Positions 51,181 through 63,922 of a stretch of DNA of 64,000 nt are shown here, one piece after another. A program made the translations under genes and the position numbers. Numbering within the stretch: the first letter of the stretch is position 1; the number at the start of each line of letters is the position of its first letter. The notes under the pieces were generated by a model. That model saw only the letters and a program-made list of their open reading frames with translations, was not told where the DNA came from and ran no database searches. The DNA comes from Camelus ferus (Eukaryota), in the NCBI RefSeq assembly GCF_009834535.1, contig NC_045696.1, forward strand, positions 44,084,001-44,148,000, read 5' to 3'.

Positions 51181-52621
51181 TTAAGCCCATAATGATTCTC
51201 CCTCTGTGGCTGTAAAGTTTACCTGCTTCCCCTGAAATATTTGGCTTTGTGAAAGAAGGTGGATACCTGATCCAAATCATCTCCAGCAATACCAAAAAAA
51301 GGATAGGGATGGTGTAGACATCTGATAGGAAAAAATTTGTATTCAGACCAAACTGACTCCATCACTAAGCTGTGTGATTTTAGCAAGTTTTATAATCCTT
51401 CTTAGAAAATTAACAATTTCAGCTGGACTTTCAAAATTGTTGATATAAATTTCATTATAGTATTCTTTTATAATTTAATGTCCTCTATTTATGTTTATTA
51501 CCTGGTTCTCATCCTTTATAAGTTTTCTTCATGATTCCCTAATTCTTTCATTTTCTTTACACTTCAAGATGATATTGTCTTAATAGATCTTTGCAAAGAA
51601 TGAGCTATTTGTTTTATCATTCAGATCTAGAATTTTGATATGTAATTTACTACTTTCTTCTTTTTACACTTATAATTTTCTTTTAATATAATATTTATAT
51701 TTGTTTCTATAGCTTTGTGAGATGGAATCTGATGTTTTGCCCTTGTATTAACTTCCTCCATGGGAGTTTAGTCATCCTGGCATTGTTTTTTGTGTGTATG
51801 TGTTCATTTTTCTTTTTCTCTTTTTCCTTTTTTGCCTCTTATGCAGATAGATTTCTTTAACTATTTAGGATTTGAGTTTGTGTATATATATTGATGGTAT
51901 TGGCAGCCTACGCACCTTTCACTGCTTCCACATGTTCATGTAGCATCTGATTAACTCACAGCAACAGCAGCTTTGATGGCTTTGTCCATGGTGTGTGGTT
52001 AGAGACAGAAGAGTTTACACATTCACTTCAGGTTGGCAGTGTGTTTTCCCACATGGGAATTTATTTTCCTCTTCTTTCTGTGAAGCTTAATTACTTGGAA
52101 CACATTCCCAATTCCCCGGAACACTGACCATTTCCAATGTCAGAGCTACTTCATCTGTCTGTTTGTGGTTCTTCATCTGAAATGGCACTGATTAGCTCTT
52201 CCTCAAACTTTAAGTAATAATTGGATCAACTTCCCATTAGCTCCACTATTATCTCTGTTTCCAATATGAGTCTTGGTGTTTAGATTCTACAGTTCTTTGG
52301 AAAAAACCTAACTTGTTTAAGTTTCACACTTTCAGTTATGCAAGGTAAGTAATTTCTCATAGCTATTGGATTTTGGCATCATTTTGATTCTATCTACATT
52401 TTCTTTTCAAGAAATTGTTCACAGATATGATCAGTCGATAACTTCCCAGACTATTGATTTTGCGGAGGATTTATTTACTTGTTCTGTTTGTTTGTTTGTT
52501 TGTTTGTTTTTGTTCTTAAATATTTATTGTCGAGTTGGTGGAATTTTTGAGAGAGAAGTCAGCCATTTTGCATTTTATACCTCCTGTTCCTGTCTACTAT
52601 AGAACCAAACCTCATCTGAGA

Positions 52622-52770
52622 GTAGTGGTTCTCAAACTTCAGCCTGTCTCACAATCACCTCAGTGTCTGATGTAACATGTAGGAGGCGAGGCCTGAGAAT
52701 CTGTACTTCTAGCAAGTTTCCAGGTGATGCCGTTTCTACTGGTCAGGGAGCAACATTTTGAGCATCACTC
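52622..52770. mobile_element. MER5A hAT element
   Basis: agtggttctcaaacttcagc...aatcacct...ggcctgagaatctgtacttctagcaagtttccaggtgatgc...ttttgagcatcact. Confidence 0.85.
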
Positions 52771-53319
52771 TTTGAGTATCCATGCCTTCAAGTAGGTCTA
52801 GACATTAATATACATCCTCAGCTAAAACTTCTGAAACCATGGCATGAGCTTTAAGATTTATTTGTTTGAAACATTTATTTTCAGTTGAGGAAAGTTAGAA
52901 TCAGTGAAACTAAGGGATTTGAACAAAGCTGGTTGACTGGTCATCTCAGGAAAACCCAAGTATCATATTTGGAGCAGGACATACATTAAGTGACCTTATC
53001 TTCTTTTTTTAGATATAGAATTTCATTATAAATAAGTGTTTGGACTTTCAATTTAGGAAGACAATCTTGAATTTTAGCAGTAAATTATTGGGAATTTGAT
53101 ATCAATGGCTGCTGTTCTGTCTGTTGGTGCACTTTTTTTTCCATTTGTGTCTCAAATCACCTCTGTGAACATCTAGTGTTAGCACAGCTAAACACTGTGC
53201 TTAACATGTGCCAACAAACACCTCCTCCCTCTTCCCCTTTTGATCCTTTGGCTTCTTTCCTTCTCCATTTAAGAAAAAAAGTCCTTATAATATCTGTCCA
53301 GGTCACAGACTTTGTCCTT

Positions 53320-53570
53320 TCTCACTGCTGTCACTTAATTGACAGTTTAAAGTAGATTATATTTAAATATTACACATACTACTTACCATTAAGTTATAAT
53401 TGCAGTGAAATTTAAGCTAGAATCAATATTAAGTGCTCACCCAAACCACTGTATTCAACTTGATTAATGATTGCAATTGATTGATGTGAATTAAAAATGG
53501 CAGAGCATTTAAAAGCATTACAATGATCAGCTACATTTAATTTTCACAGCAATACCCTTGTAGACTATTT
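53320..53570. promoter_or_regulatory. Candidate homeodomain (TALE/HOX) enhancer
   Basis: CTGTCA-cttaat-TGACAG at 53328-53345, TTAAGTG at 53429, TGATTAAT at 53461, TGATTGAT at 53478; no repeat recognised. Confidence 0.3.
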
Positions 53571-55449
53571 CACACGTTAATGGTCCTAGAGTTCAGAATT
53601 CTATATCAGGTTCTAGAAACAGTAATCAGAGATTTAGGGCAATATTCTTCTCTCTGTTGCTTAAAATATCCAAATATAAGAAAACTAAATTTCCTTATTT
53701 AATATGAATATTTTAGCTGAATTACATAAATATTTACTAGTATCTACAAATTTCCACCTAAAGTTGTTGAATAATAATGCTTCATAAGAATACACCTAAG
53801 AAGAAGAAAGGAGTAGACACAGGGTATGTTAAAACTACATATTTCAAACATTCAGGGGAAAAGTTCATGTTTTACTAAACTTTTCCATAAATAAAATCAA
53901 AAGACAGTAATTTATAGCCAGGCTTTCAAATTTGGGCTTTACTTAACATGTCTAATAAATAAAGGCCAAGGAGGAGTGCAAGCATATTGTGCTTCAAGTC
54001 TTGAAACTGGCATCCCAAAGTGATATACAGCTCTGGGTATGCATGACATTTGGAATTACATTTGGTCTTCCTTTCTCAAATACCAATAGAAAGATTGCTT
54101 ACTTGGTAAGTGTAGGTAAGTTAAATAGATTTTTATTTTTATAGTATATCTAACAGCTTTTCAAGGGGAAAAAAAACCCAAAGATAATCCAATTTCTACC
54201 TTAAAATGAAGTTAGATTGGAGGATCGATACAGTGAACATATAGCCAAAATTTTCTCCTAAAGTTTTTCTTAAAAAAAAAAAAAAAACTTTATCAGAGCT
54301 GAAAAGAATTCTGGTTTTTTAACTAACTCTTATTTTGGCTCTCATTATATCAAAAATGGAAAATAGCCAGTTGTGGAGAAAATGTTAATGGTTTTGCAAG
54401 GTACAGGAATGTAGTTTAAAACTTAGATATGTATAGAGTCAGCCTTTTTTACTGCCAAAATGAATAAACCTCTCAGTGAACCTCAGAAGTTCACCTTGAA
54501 GTTCATGGTGAAGTCAACAGAACATTTAAGCACAAAAGGAGAACAAAGTGGAAGTAAACATATTTCCACCAATTACAAGATACAGTGGAACATTATTAAT
54601 TCTAACTCACTGAATTAAGACCTTGTAATGTCAGTGCAAGTGTGTTTTAGGGGTAGGAGTGGAGGAGTGAGATATGTTTGCTAGCTGAAAATACTGTCTG
54701 GACATTTAAAAAATGTCTATACAGCACACTTTTTGGCTTAGATTATTGAAGAAGTCAAACTATTTTCAAACACTTAATACAACATCAGTCTGTATTTGAG
54801 AAATGAGGTAGTCCCATATCATTTTTGTTTTTATCAATTTAAAACAGTCTAAGATGGTTTTTGATAGATGATTTCATCAAAGTTCTATACATTCAAAGCT
54901 TAAAAAAGGTTTTAAAATTCTATTATAATTATCTAATCTGTTTTTACACACTTTTTTCAAAAATATATTAAATTTAATAATATTTAAGAAACATTTCTGA
55001 AAAAGTACATATTTTGAAGCAGTATGTTATTTTTTCTCATTGGCTTATGTTATAAAATTTTTAATTTATTTATATCTGACAAGGAATATTGAAATTTGAA
55101 ATGTGTTTCATAATGGCAAGAAGCATTAAAATATCTTACTGATTCTGTTATAGTGCTCCTTTTGAACATCTATAGTTTTAGGTTGTAGAATTTTAGGATA
55201 GAGTTATCTTATAGTAATTTGATCCTGATAAAGGACTTTAGTTTATATGTGCTTATTTCTGCCTGATTAGTGTTACTTCAACACAAATCTTACTAATATG
55301 AGAATGAGATCTTACATTAAAAACTTGAAACAGGTTGCAGTATAAATCCACTTCTAAAGACACTGGGTTATTCATTAATTATAAAAATAAGTTCAAAGAG
55401 GAAAATATAAAGATGAGAAAAATTTTCCAAATCTATCCAAAAGAAATAA

Positions 55450-56006
55450 TTATTTTTAACATGGAAGTTATTTATTACTCTTAAAAAGATGTATACACTT
55501 CAATAGACTCTGTGCTTAAAATGGCAGTTTTCAAATATGTATTATGATATATTCACTTAATAAAATGTTGAGAAAACAAAAAATAAAATAAACTTAGACC
55601 TGTACTTACTACAACAGACCAGAAAACTTGTAAGAAAATTAAATGCTTCAATTTAAAATTGAAAACTGCGATAGACAGACACATTTGTACTTCACATTTG
55701 TTTTTGCCAATCACAGTATTTACCAGAAGCAATCTAAAAAGATATAGTACCTGAATCCCTTTCTCTTCCCCAGAGCTTCAAGAAATGGAAGACATTTAGA
55801 TATAAACACAATGTAGAACAAAATATGCAGAAGCAAAGAGCTTTTGTGTTTGCAAAATAATAAAGCAGAGGACCCAGGGATTGAAGGATATCCTCAACTT
55901 TGTGCTTCTTAGTGTTGGGCAGTCCGAGGCAGAAAAGTTGAACCAGAGGAAGCCGGCCTCAGAGCCACCGCATGAGGCTTGGAGTGCTGTGTGAGGCTGC
56001 CAGTGC
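55450..56006 (-). other. Candidate 3' UTR with AATAAA (plus-strand tttatt at 55471-55476)
   Basis: Repeat-free, U-rich on the minus strand, and downstream of the candidate last exon. Confidence 0.35.
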
Positions 56007-56078
56007 CTAGCAGTATCGGATCCCAGCAGAAGTTCCCCATAGGGCACCAAATACTAGATCTTTCAAATGTATTGTTTC
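56007..56078 (-). CDS. Candidate terminal coding exon: phase 0 gives ETIHLKDLVFGALWGTSAGIRYC*; the alternative phase-1 frame ends at 55909
   Basis: ggctcttatattag|GAAACAAT; GC- and CpG-richer island (55910-56050) in very AT-rich flanks; reading frame unresolved. Confidence 0.3.
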   Translation of the reverse strand, partial: ETIHLKDLVFGALWGTSAGIRYC

Positions 56079-58459
56079 CTAATATAAGAGCCAAATTAAG
56101 TTCTCAAAAATGGAGTCATTTGCAATTCTCACAGTATGCACGTACACAGTGTATGAAAATTTGCTTTATTCAGTAATGTTATTAATTTGGTAAAAGTATC
56201 TAAACATACTTGGGCTAATAATTATGACCAAAACCATGTTTACATTTGGTGATATACATATGTTAAACCCAATTTGGGTAACATTATGTACAATAACCTA
56301 TTCTTTTACTGATTTACTATAAATAAGTATTTTAGGAATTATTTGCTATCACTTGTTATACTTGCACTCTCCATGGCAAGCATAGAGATGTGCTTTGCAT
56401 ATAATCATGATGAAATCTTTTTTTTGTAGACCAGAATATTGACTATTTGTAGGTACACCAGCATTAATTTTTTTTTCACAATTACTATCATTAAAACCAT
56501 TTCCCTTCTTCACTCATGGGTCACAAATTACTCTTGTTCATATAAAAGAAAATTGCTTTCTAGGAGAGATTAATATCTCAATGTCACTATGGCAGGATAT
56601 CTAATGGTCTTGTATGAATAACAAGATGATGTCCTTTCCTGAGCTTAAATAACATACACTTTTAGATTGTAATATGTTTAGTGGCTCTTTTGTTTATCTA
56701 GTAACATGTCTTCCTTTTGCATTATTTGGTTTCTTTAGTAGTACTTTGCTGATTTAACTTTCATTTATAACATAACATTTAAACCCTAAGAATTAGAGAG
56801 GGTTGAAAATTAATTTTCTTTGTCATAAATCTTAAAAGGATTAGAAAAATCTTTCTATTCCATAGAGCAAGGAGACAATTTTCCATTTCCACTAATATTA
56901 CGGGACTTAGAAATTTTCAGTCAAAAATTGAGTTTAGTTATGATTGGCTATATGTTAATTCTAAGTAAATTCAAATGTACTGGGATGGTAGTCTAATGAC
57001 ATAATGTTATTTATTTTACTTTGCACTTCTATGTTCATTTTAGCTGCAAAGGACAATCAATAACTGAGAAGTCTTTAGTGCTGGTTTTTTTTTTTCCTAA
57101 AGTTGGTTGAATTCTTAAAGCATTTTTTTCCTGTAAGGCAGAAGCATTTTCTAGAACAGTTTTTGTATCACTCAAAAGGGGCATGAAAATGGAATAAATG
57201 GAAATCAAGGTGTGTACTGTTAATACATGAGAGAAAGTACAAAGAACTATGTAACAAATTTTACTTCCCTTGTTTTCAGCTACAAAAACTAGAAAGAACA
57301 GACTAAATAACACAGACGTAAAAGTTGGGTGAAGAAAGGATGAGAACACATGTAACTGTCTAAATGAGATAAGGACACTAAATGCAGAAAACTTATCCTA
57401 CAGTATCAAATGAATTCATAGGTGTAATTTCAGAACACCTGTCAGTAATCCTAACAAACTCATAATAAAAGGAATATATGCCATAAGACTAATGATGGGC
57501 AAATGCTTTCAAACTGAAGGGAAGAATAGAAACCAGAAATGACAGGTAGATTCTGAGAAAATTCTAGAACAGATTATATGTTTATGAAAGTCTCATTAGC
57601 ATAACTTAAGAGCTGCAACTTCAGAGGAAGGAAAAATATGAGAGATATTCAAGATTCAATGGGATGTCATTAAAATGAATATAGAATTGTTGCCTAAAGC
57701 TAAAGAAATGCAGACTCCACTGAGAAATCAGTGAAGTTTGCTAAATCTGAATAGGTGTGAAGATTTTCATCTAATCATATCAGATTAAAGAATATCAATT
57801 GAGTAGTAGGGAGACTTGGACACCCTTGTTGTCTATAAAAATGTGGTGGGTAGAATGTCTATATGGGGCTGGAGAAAACTTAAGAAGATACGTATTGCCC
57901 CTAGATCTCTTGCCTGTCTCCAGTTTGGATAAACAACGTCAACTCTTTGAGATGGTCAGTCTTAACATTCACGAATTATCATTCTAATACCCTCAATTTG
58001 CCTGAGTTGCTAACATTTCTCCTAGAGTTAGCAGATTTTCTTCTCAACCCCCACAATATTTTAAAATTAAGTTTAAAAATAAAGTAAATTAAACTCAAAA
58101 GACTAACTCAGTAGTTTAGAGATTTTTAATTGTCAGAATTAATCAGACTAGGTAATCTGTCAGATTTTAATTTGAACTAAAATATGCACTTACTGGACTT
58201 TTGATTATGTCAGCCAAATAATACGATATTCGATAAAGTTTGTAAATGGAACTGGGATGTTTAAGAGATCTGGATTGACAATATACATTATTTTAATTTG
58301 TGAGATTAACATTAGATATTTAAGCATTTGGAAGGATTTTCTTGTTAGCATTATATGTTATCCCAGCTCAGCACTCCAAATTACTATTACAAAATTAGAT
58401 ATAGTAAAGTTTAAATACATTAAAAAAGTTCATGGATGTTTGATAAACTAAGTAAATAC

Positions 58460-59060
58460 ATGAGACTGAAAAAAACCATAAAGAAAATCTGAAGGGAGTG
58501 CTTCAGAAAGAAGAAAAATGATACCAGAGAGAAGGTTGAATCTACACAAAGAAATAAATAATCTTAGAGATGGAAAATGTGTGAGTAAATGAAAAAACTT
58601 TTTTTTATTTTTAATCATTTATAAATAATTCACTGTTTAAATAAATAATAACAATGAGGAGCTTATAACATGTATAGAACTAATTATAGGATAACCATGG
58701 AACAAATGAAGGGAATGATGAAATTATCATATTTTAGGTACTTATGCCATATATAAAGCAATAAAATATTATTTTAAGGTAGAGAATAAGTTAAAATGTA
58801 TGTTGTAATTTATAGATCAACATCAAAAATTAATAACACAAATATGATTAATAGGCTAATAGTGGACATAAATGAAATCATAATAATGGTTCAGCTAATC
58901 CAAAATAACTAAAAAACATTGAGAAAATATTAAGGAATAAATGGGACAAATAAAAAATAATAACAAGATATCTATAATTGGAGATACTGTCAGATTGGAT
59001 AAAAAAGCAAGGGCCATATATATATATATATATATATATGTTGTATATATGATGCAGAAG
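58460..59060 (+). mobile_element. Old L1 ORF1-end, spacer and ORF2-start fragment with a (TA)n at ~59015-59039
   Basis: ctgaagggagtgcttcagaaagaagaaaaatgataccagag...ctgtcagattggataaaaaagcaa (LSDWIKKQ). Confidence 0.75.
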
Positions 59061-59389
59061 AGTACTCAAAATATTGGTGAATGGGTTCAGTGATTCAGTT
59101 TGTTCACAAGAGATGTTTTATGGAGTCATTTTTGGGTCCCGTCATGTTGAAATTTTATTTCAGTGATTTGAGTGAAGACATAAAAAAACAAAACAATGTC
59201 AAGCTGCTTAGCTAATGCCACATATAATAAAATCAAGATTAAAAATAACATATAGAAACAGTGGACATAAACCAAAGTAAAATGTAAAAATGAAAGTGAA
59301 ACCTTGAAATAGGTGCAGAGCAGTTAACAACTGGCTTATCAACTGGATATCATAAAAGATCTTGGGATCTGTATTAAAAAAAATTAACA

Positions 59390-59618
59390 CTTGCTGAATG
59401 TAACATGGTGTCCTGAACTAACTCTTGGAACAGGAAAAAGATTTTAGTGGAAAATGGTGACATATGAATAAAGTCTGTAGTTTAGCTAACAGTGTTATAC
59501 GAATGTTAATTTCTTTTATATAAGATGTCAGCATTAGAAAAACTGTAATGTAGGGCATATGAGAACTGTACTGTAACTCTTCTGTAAATCTAAAATTTTT
59601 TCAAAATAAAAGTTAAGA
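59390..59618 (+). mobile_element. L1MC/L1MD 3' terminus
   Basis: ggaacaggaaaaagattttagtggaaaa...gaataaagtctgtagtttag...cttctgtaaatctaaaattttttcaaaataaaag. Confidence 0.8.
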
Positions 59619-59737
59619 AAATGAATATGTTTCAATAAAATACACTGGCATGTAAAATATTTAGAAGAATAGTTATTTCACAATACAGAAGTAAATTTTC
59701 CTTGGTAAAGAAGCAAGTAAATGGAGGAATTTGTGAA

Positions 59738-59940
59738 GATAATTGAGTACTTCCTATGTACCAGGGCTTTACATGGATTATTACATTTTATTTTCGTAAT
59801 AACCATTATAGTTGACATACTACTCTCATCATTTTACAGATGAAGTTAAGTCAATTGCTCGGAGCCAGTAAGTTGCAAATCTGGGATATAAAACTAAGTT
59901 TATATAACTATAAAGGCCAAGATTTTTCCACGATGCCATA
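59738..59940 (-). mobile_element. MIR SINE
   Basis: ttgagtacttcctatgtaccaggg...ctttacatggattatt...cattttacagatgaag. Confidence 0.75.
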
Positions 59941-60995
59941 GTAGCCTCTAGTGTTACAGTTTAACTGTCTTCTGCACTAACCTTAAATTTTATTTTCATT
60001 TTATGTTAATTTTAGGATGGATGTTAAAAAGTAGAGTGTATTAGAAGAATAATTAGAATTAAAAGGGGGTCAAGAAACAGAGGTTTAGCCCAAAATTTAA
60101 AAAGGGGAAAATTAGATATCTGAATATATGATCATTATAATCAATAAGCAAGGCTTTTGTCTCTTCAGAAGTAATCCATATAGATTTATGAGAGGGGTGC
60201 ATATTTCATCTTAAAGGAAAATATGCTTCAGCATTAGGTTGTTTAATAATAAAATGAGCTGTCTTTGAAATCTTGCTAGCAGTGTTATCTAAGTAGAGGC
60301 AGGAAGTTTTCTCCAGTAGAGGTCTATCATTTTAAGAAGAAATAATTCATGCAAAGACATAGTGGTATGAAAAGCATTTAATATTTAGGAAATAGAAAAT
60401 ACTAATGGATAGCAGGATCATAGATTCTGGTACCAATGGGAATTGCTTGGGGATTTTTCCATCACAGTGAAAGACTGAGAAATATATTCTAACTAAATCC
60501 TACTGTTATGACTTGGAGTGCCATTATAGATCCATTAAGTAGTCACCTGAAATAATTTTAGGTAGCAAGAAAATTTGGTGATAGTTTTGTAAAGTCAGAT
60601 TAAGAACTAGTATCAGCTAATTCCCTTGCAAAAGAAGGAAGGATGAAAACAATTAAATTAATTTGTTATTTAATTAACAACAATTAAATACAATACAGTT
60701 AAAACTAGCTAAACACTTATTACATATTAAATATTATGCTTGATATATTTTATTTAATTATGTACTCTATTTAAAAATAATAAAAATCAAATTCTTAAAT
60801 CGAGGAAAACCATATTAACTTACTAAAACAATTTTACCTCACAATTCTATTTCACTTCTGGCACAAAGTCATACTGGGCTTCATTGGTGAGCTAAAATGG
60901 GTACAAAATATAAATATTTTCCTTGGAAAAACACCAAAACCACAGAGAACCAAGACTGTTTAGTTCTTTTAGTTTAAGATTATCATCTCTCATAC

Positions 60996-61082
60996 CATCA
61001 AGAGATGCAACCCTTGAATCTTTGTTGTAAATGCCCTTTCAATATAAATGAAGGCTCTGAAGGCAAGTTTTGATAAAGGAGC
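60996..61082 (-). CDS. Candidate internal exon (87 nt), open only in phase 0: APLSKLAFRAFIYIERAFTTKIQGLHLLM
   Basis: atcaattttgttccag|GCTCC...TTGATG|gtatga. The phase-2 reading ends in TGA just before the donor (RLLYQNLPSEPSFILKGHLQQRFKGCIS*). Confidence 0.4.
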
Positions 61083-61595
61083 CTGGAACAAAATTGATGC
61101 TGCTAGATGGCTGAATTGGAGGTTAAAGTGGGAATCCACAGGTAGGAGGATGGACATACACAGAAGAGGAGACCTAGGGAGATGCATGCAAATTGCCTTA
61201 AATATTTGCCTTGAATACCTCTATTCATTATTTTTCAACTATCTTTATCATATCCTATAAAATTACAACCATGTATTTTGAGTTAAGGAAAATATGAGTA
61301 CTGTCATCCCTAAATTTTCCCTAACTTGAATATGAAATATGAATAGGGTAAACTGGATATGTGATTATAAAGATACGCATATCATACACACTTTCCTAGG
61401 AAAGATAAATCCAGTAGCTAGAAGTTGTATCCTTTTTAGGAGGTGCTTTTTAAATAAAAGTTAATTCTTGACTAGTTTTCTTTTTATGCAGAAGAATTTC
61501 AGAATTTCCTTTTAAAATAAATATACATATTCAAGTAATCTCAATAGTTGATTGTGATTAATTAATAGAGATCTAGCTGTGGCCTTTATTATACC

Positions 61596-62054
61596 TGTGA
61601 TGGTTATTTGTATGTCTCAGATTGACTAGGCTATGGTGCTTAGACGTTTGGTCAAATATCAGTCTAGAATTTGCTGTAAAGGTATTTTTTAGATGTGATA
61701 AACTTTTAAAACAGTACACTTTGAGTAAAGCAGATTACCTCCCATTATGTGGGTGGGCCTCATGCATTCAGTTGTAGAACTTAAGAAACAAAAACTGAAG
61801 TTCCCCCAGGAAGAAGGAACTCTGCGACCAGGATGCTTTTAACCTGATACTGCAACATCAACCCCTCCCTGAATCTTCATTCTGCCAACCTGCCCTGTGG
61901 ATTTCAGACTTGCCAGTCCCCACAATTACACAAGCCAATTCCTTAAAATTTCTATCTCGATAGATTATATATAATATAGATAGATAGGTAGGTAGGTAGA
62001 TAGATAGATAGATTGATTGATTTATATAGATTAATCTGGAGAGACCTAATACCA
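61596..62054 (+). mobile_element. MLT2D-type ERVL solo LTR with 5-bp TSD atacc and an internal (TAGA/TAGG)n
   Basis: tgtgatggtt...ttgactaggctatggtgc...gagtaaagcagattacct...ggatttcagacttgccagtccccacaat; atacc at 61591-61595 and 62055-62059. Confidence 0.9.
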
Positions 62055-62894
62055 ATACCTCTACTAGAAAATGTGTCATTGCTTTTGTTTGCCTGCCCCT
62101 TTGGCCAGCTGCATGCATATTATCACTGTACAAACCTCAGGGGCACAGAGAATCTGAAATAAGTGCTGAGTGATCACAGAACACATTCTCTGGGCAAGTG
62201 CATCCTTTTCATTATGTGACAACCACAGCCTTCGTTTGTGTTGTTGTTCTTGTTCTAGTTTTTGTCCTTATGGAAATGCTTAGTTCCATTCTGCATGATA
62301 TAATTCTGTGTGTTTTTTGTTCTGATTTTTAATTTTCACCCCTAGGCACTAAAGCCTGAGAAAACCATTGTTTTAGGTTTATTTCTAATACCAGTCTTCA
62401 CAGAAGAATTGAAACAATTTGTAATCATAGACTCTATATCTTTCATTCAACAGACAAAAAGAACTCTTTTCAGAGTTTTTGATTCTCAAATACAAATAAA
62501 TCAAAGAGAAAAATCAAACGCACCCCACTCTTGTCAAGATATAAAAGCACACACGCACACACAGTTTTAGAGTGATACACATCTCAGTGTGTCTTATGCA
62601 AATAGGAAACTTTTATTGTATGTATTATTTTAAAAGTACTTATTTATATAAAGATAAATCAAGCATATAATAAAAAATATAAATTTTTACATAAAGGCTT
62701 AAAAGCAAATACAAAGTCCCCGTCACCATCAAACCATTTCCTGAGTACTATTCCCTGCAGAAGTTCTGATTAGAAAATTTTAGTATATTGTTCGAAGAAA
62801 ATGTATGCATATATACCAGCATATGAAAGCATACTACTCTATATGTTCCTTTGCATCTTGACTTTTAATTTAATGAAAAGCTCATGCTAAATCA

Positions 62895-63075
62895 TAAAAT
62901 CCTCACAACAGCACTATGAAGTGAATATTCTTATTCACTTTACTTGGCAAATGAAGAAACTAAATTATTTGGCACCAAGATGTTAAGTAACTTGCCCGAG
63001 ATCACACAGCTTGTAAGTGGCAGAACCAGGGTTCAAGAACTGACATTCTGAACTTCAGATTCTATGCTTTTAGCT
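62895..63075 (-). mobile_element. MIR SINE
   Basis: aatcctcacaacagcactatgaag...gttaagtaacttgcccgagatcacacagcttgtaagtggcagaaccagggttcaa. Confidence 0.9.
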
Positions 63076-63691
63076 CTTCATTATAATGTCTTAAGAATCT
63101 TTCTTCATCAAAAGATGTATATTTACAATATTGTTTTGAAAGACCATATGGCTTCAGAGATATTTTTTAAAATAAACATTCCTTTATTGAAAGAGTACAT
63201 AGCATTGTTTTCAGCATCCCTGTGGTAGAGCTATAGGAATGAGATACCAGCCTAGAAGCTTATCAAGTTAGCCTTTGTAACTTAGTTAAACTTAATTAAC
63301 TTCTTTAACTAAGTTAAAATCATTCTAACTTAGTCAATCTAACTTTTAACTTAGTGGAGGTAAGCACTCTCCATACACTTTGTTGAAATACTAAGCTGGA
63401 CAAAGTTTGTAGAATAGTAGCAAGATCTGCCTTAAGTCTCTCAAGGTGTACTTAGGATAGGGGAATGCTGTGCCCATACTGTTGGTTGGTGTTTTTTCCT
63501 GTCATTATTGCGGCTACCGCAGTCACGGTTCCTAGTCAGTATGAGGCTATTTCTTATTAATCCCCTTGGCAGACTATTCTCTGCCTCCAGATGAGATCTT
63601 CAGACTAAACTCCTTACTGGGTAGTGAGAAACTGTGGATAAAGCTATCTCAGGCATCAGGATTTTTCTCTACTTGAAGGCTGTACATGCTA

Positions 63692-63802
63692 TTTTATCTT
63701 ATTTATTTATGTTTTAATCATGTTTTTACTGAAGTATAGTTGATTAACAATGTTGTGTTAGTTTCTGGTGTACAGCATAGTGATTGAGTCATATATATAT
63801 AT

Positions 63803-63857
<55 letters not shown>

Positions 63858-63922
63858 TATACACATACATATTCTTTTTCATTATTGGTTATTATAAGGT
63901 ATTGAATATAGTTCCCTGTATT
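63692..63922 (-). mobile_element. Cetartiodactyl-type L1 extreme 3' end
   Basis: ctgaagtatagttgattaacaatgttgtgttagtttctggtgtacagcatagtgatt...ggtattgaatatagttccctgt. Confidence 0.9.
63790..63868. repeat. Compound (TA)n(CA)n microsatellite
   Basis: Read directly from the sequence. Confidence 0.95.

Larger units (their letters stand above)
57230..60350 (+). mobile_element. Fragmented L3/CR1 LINE interrupted by L1 and MIR
   Basis: atgaattcataggtgtaatttcagaacacctgtcagtaatc (KELADVISEPLSVI-like), gggcaaatgctttcaaac, tttttgggtcccgtcatgttgaaattttatttcagtgatttg (LGPVLFNIFINDL-like). Confidence 0.7.

Noticed and set aside
55912..55993. Plus-strand last-exon reading VGQSEAEKLNQRKPASEPPHEAWSAV*
   Set aside because: No upstream plus-strand partner exons found, and the flanking strand asymmetry fits a minus-strand 3' UTR better. 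Not fully excluded.
57035..57349. 104-aa minus-strand ORF and a 15-nt microexon-like motif
   Set aside because: Partly antisense to a CR1 remnant, and the donor (gtaaaa) is weak
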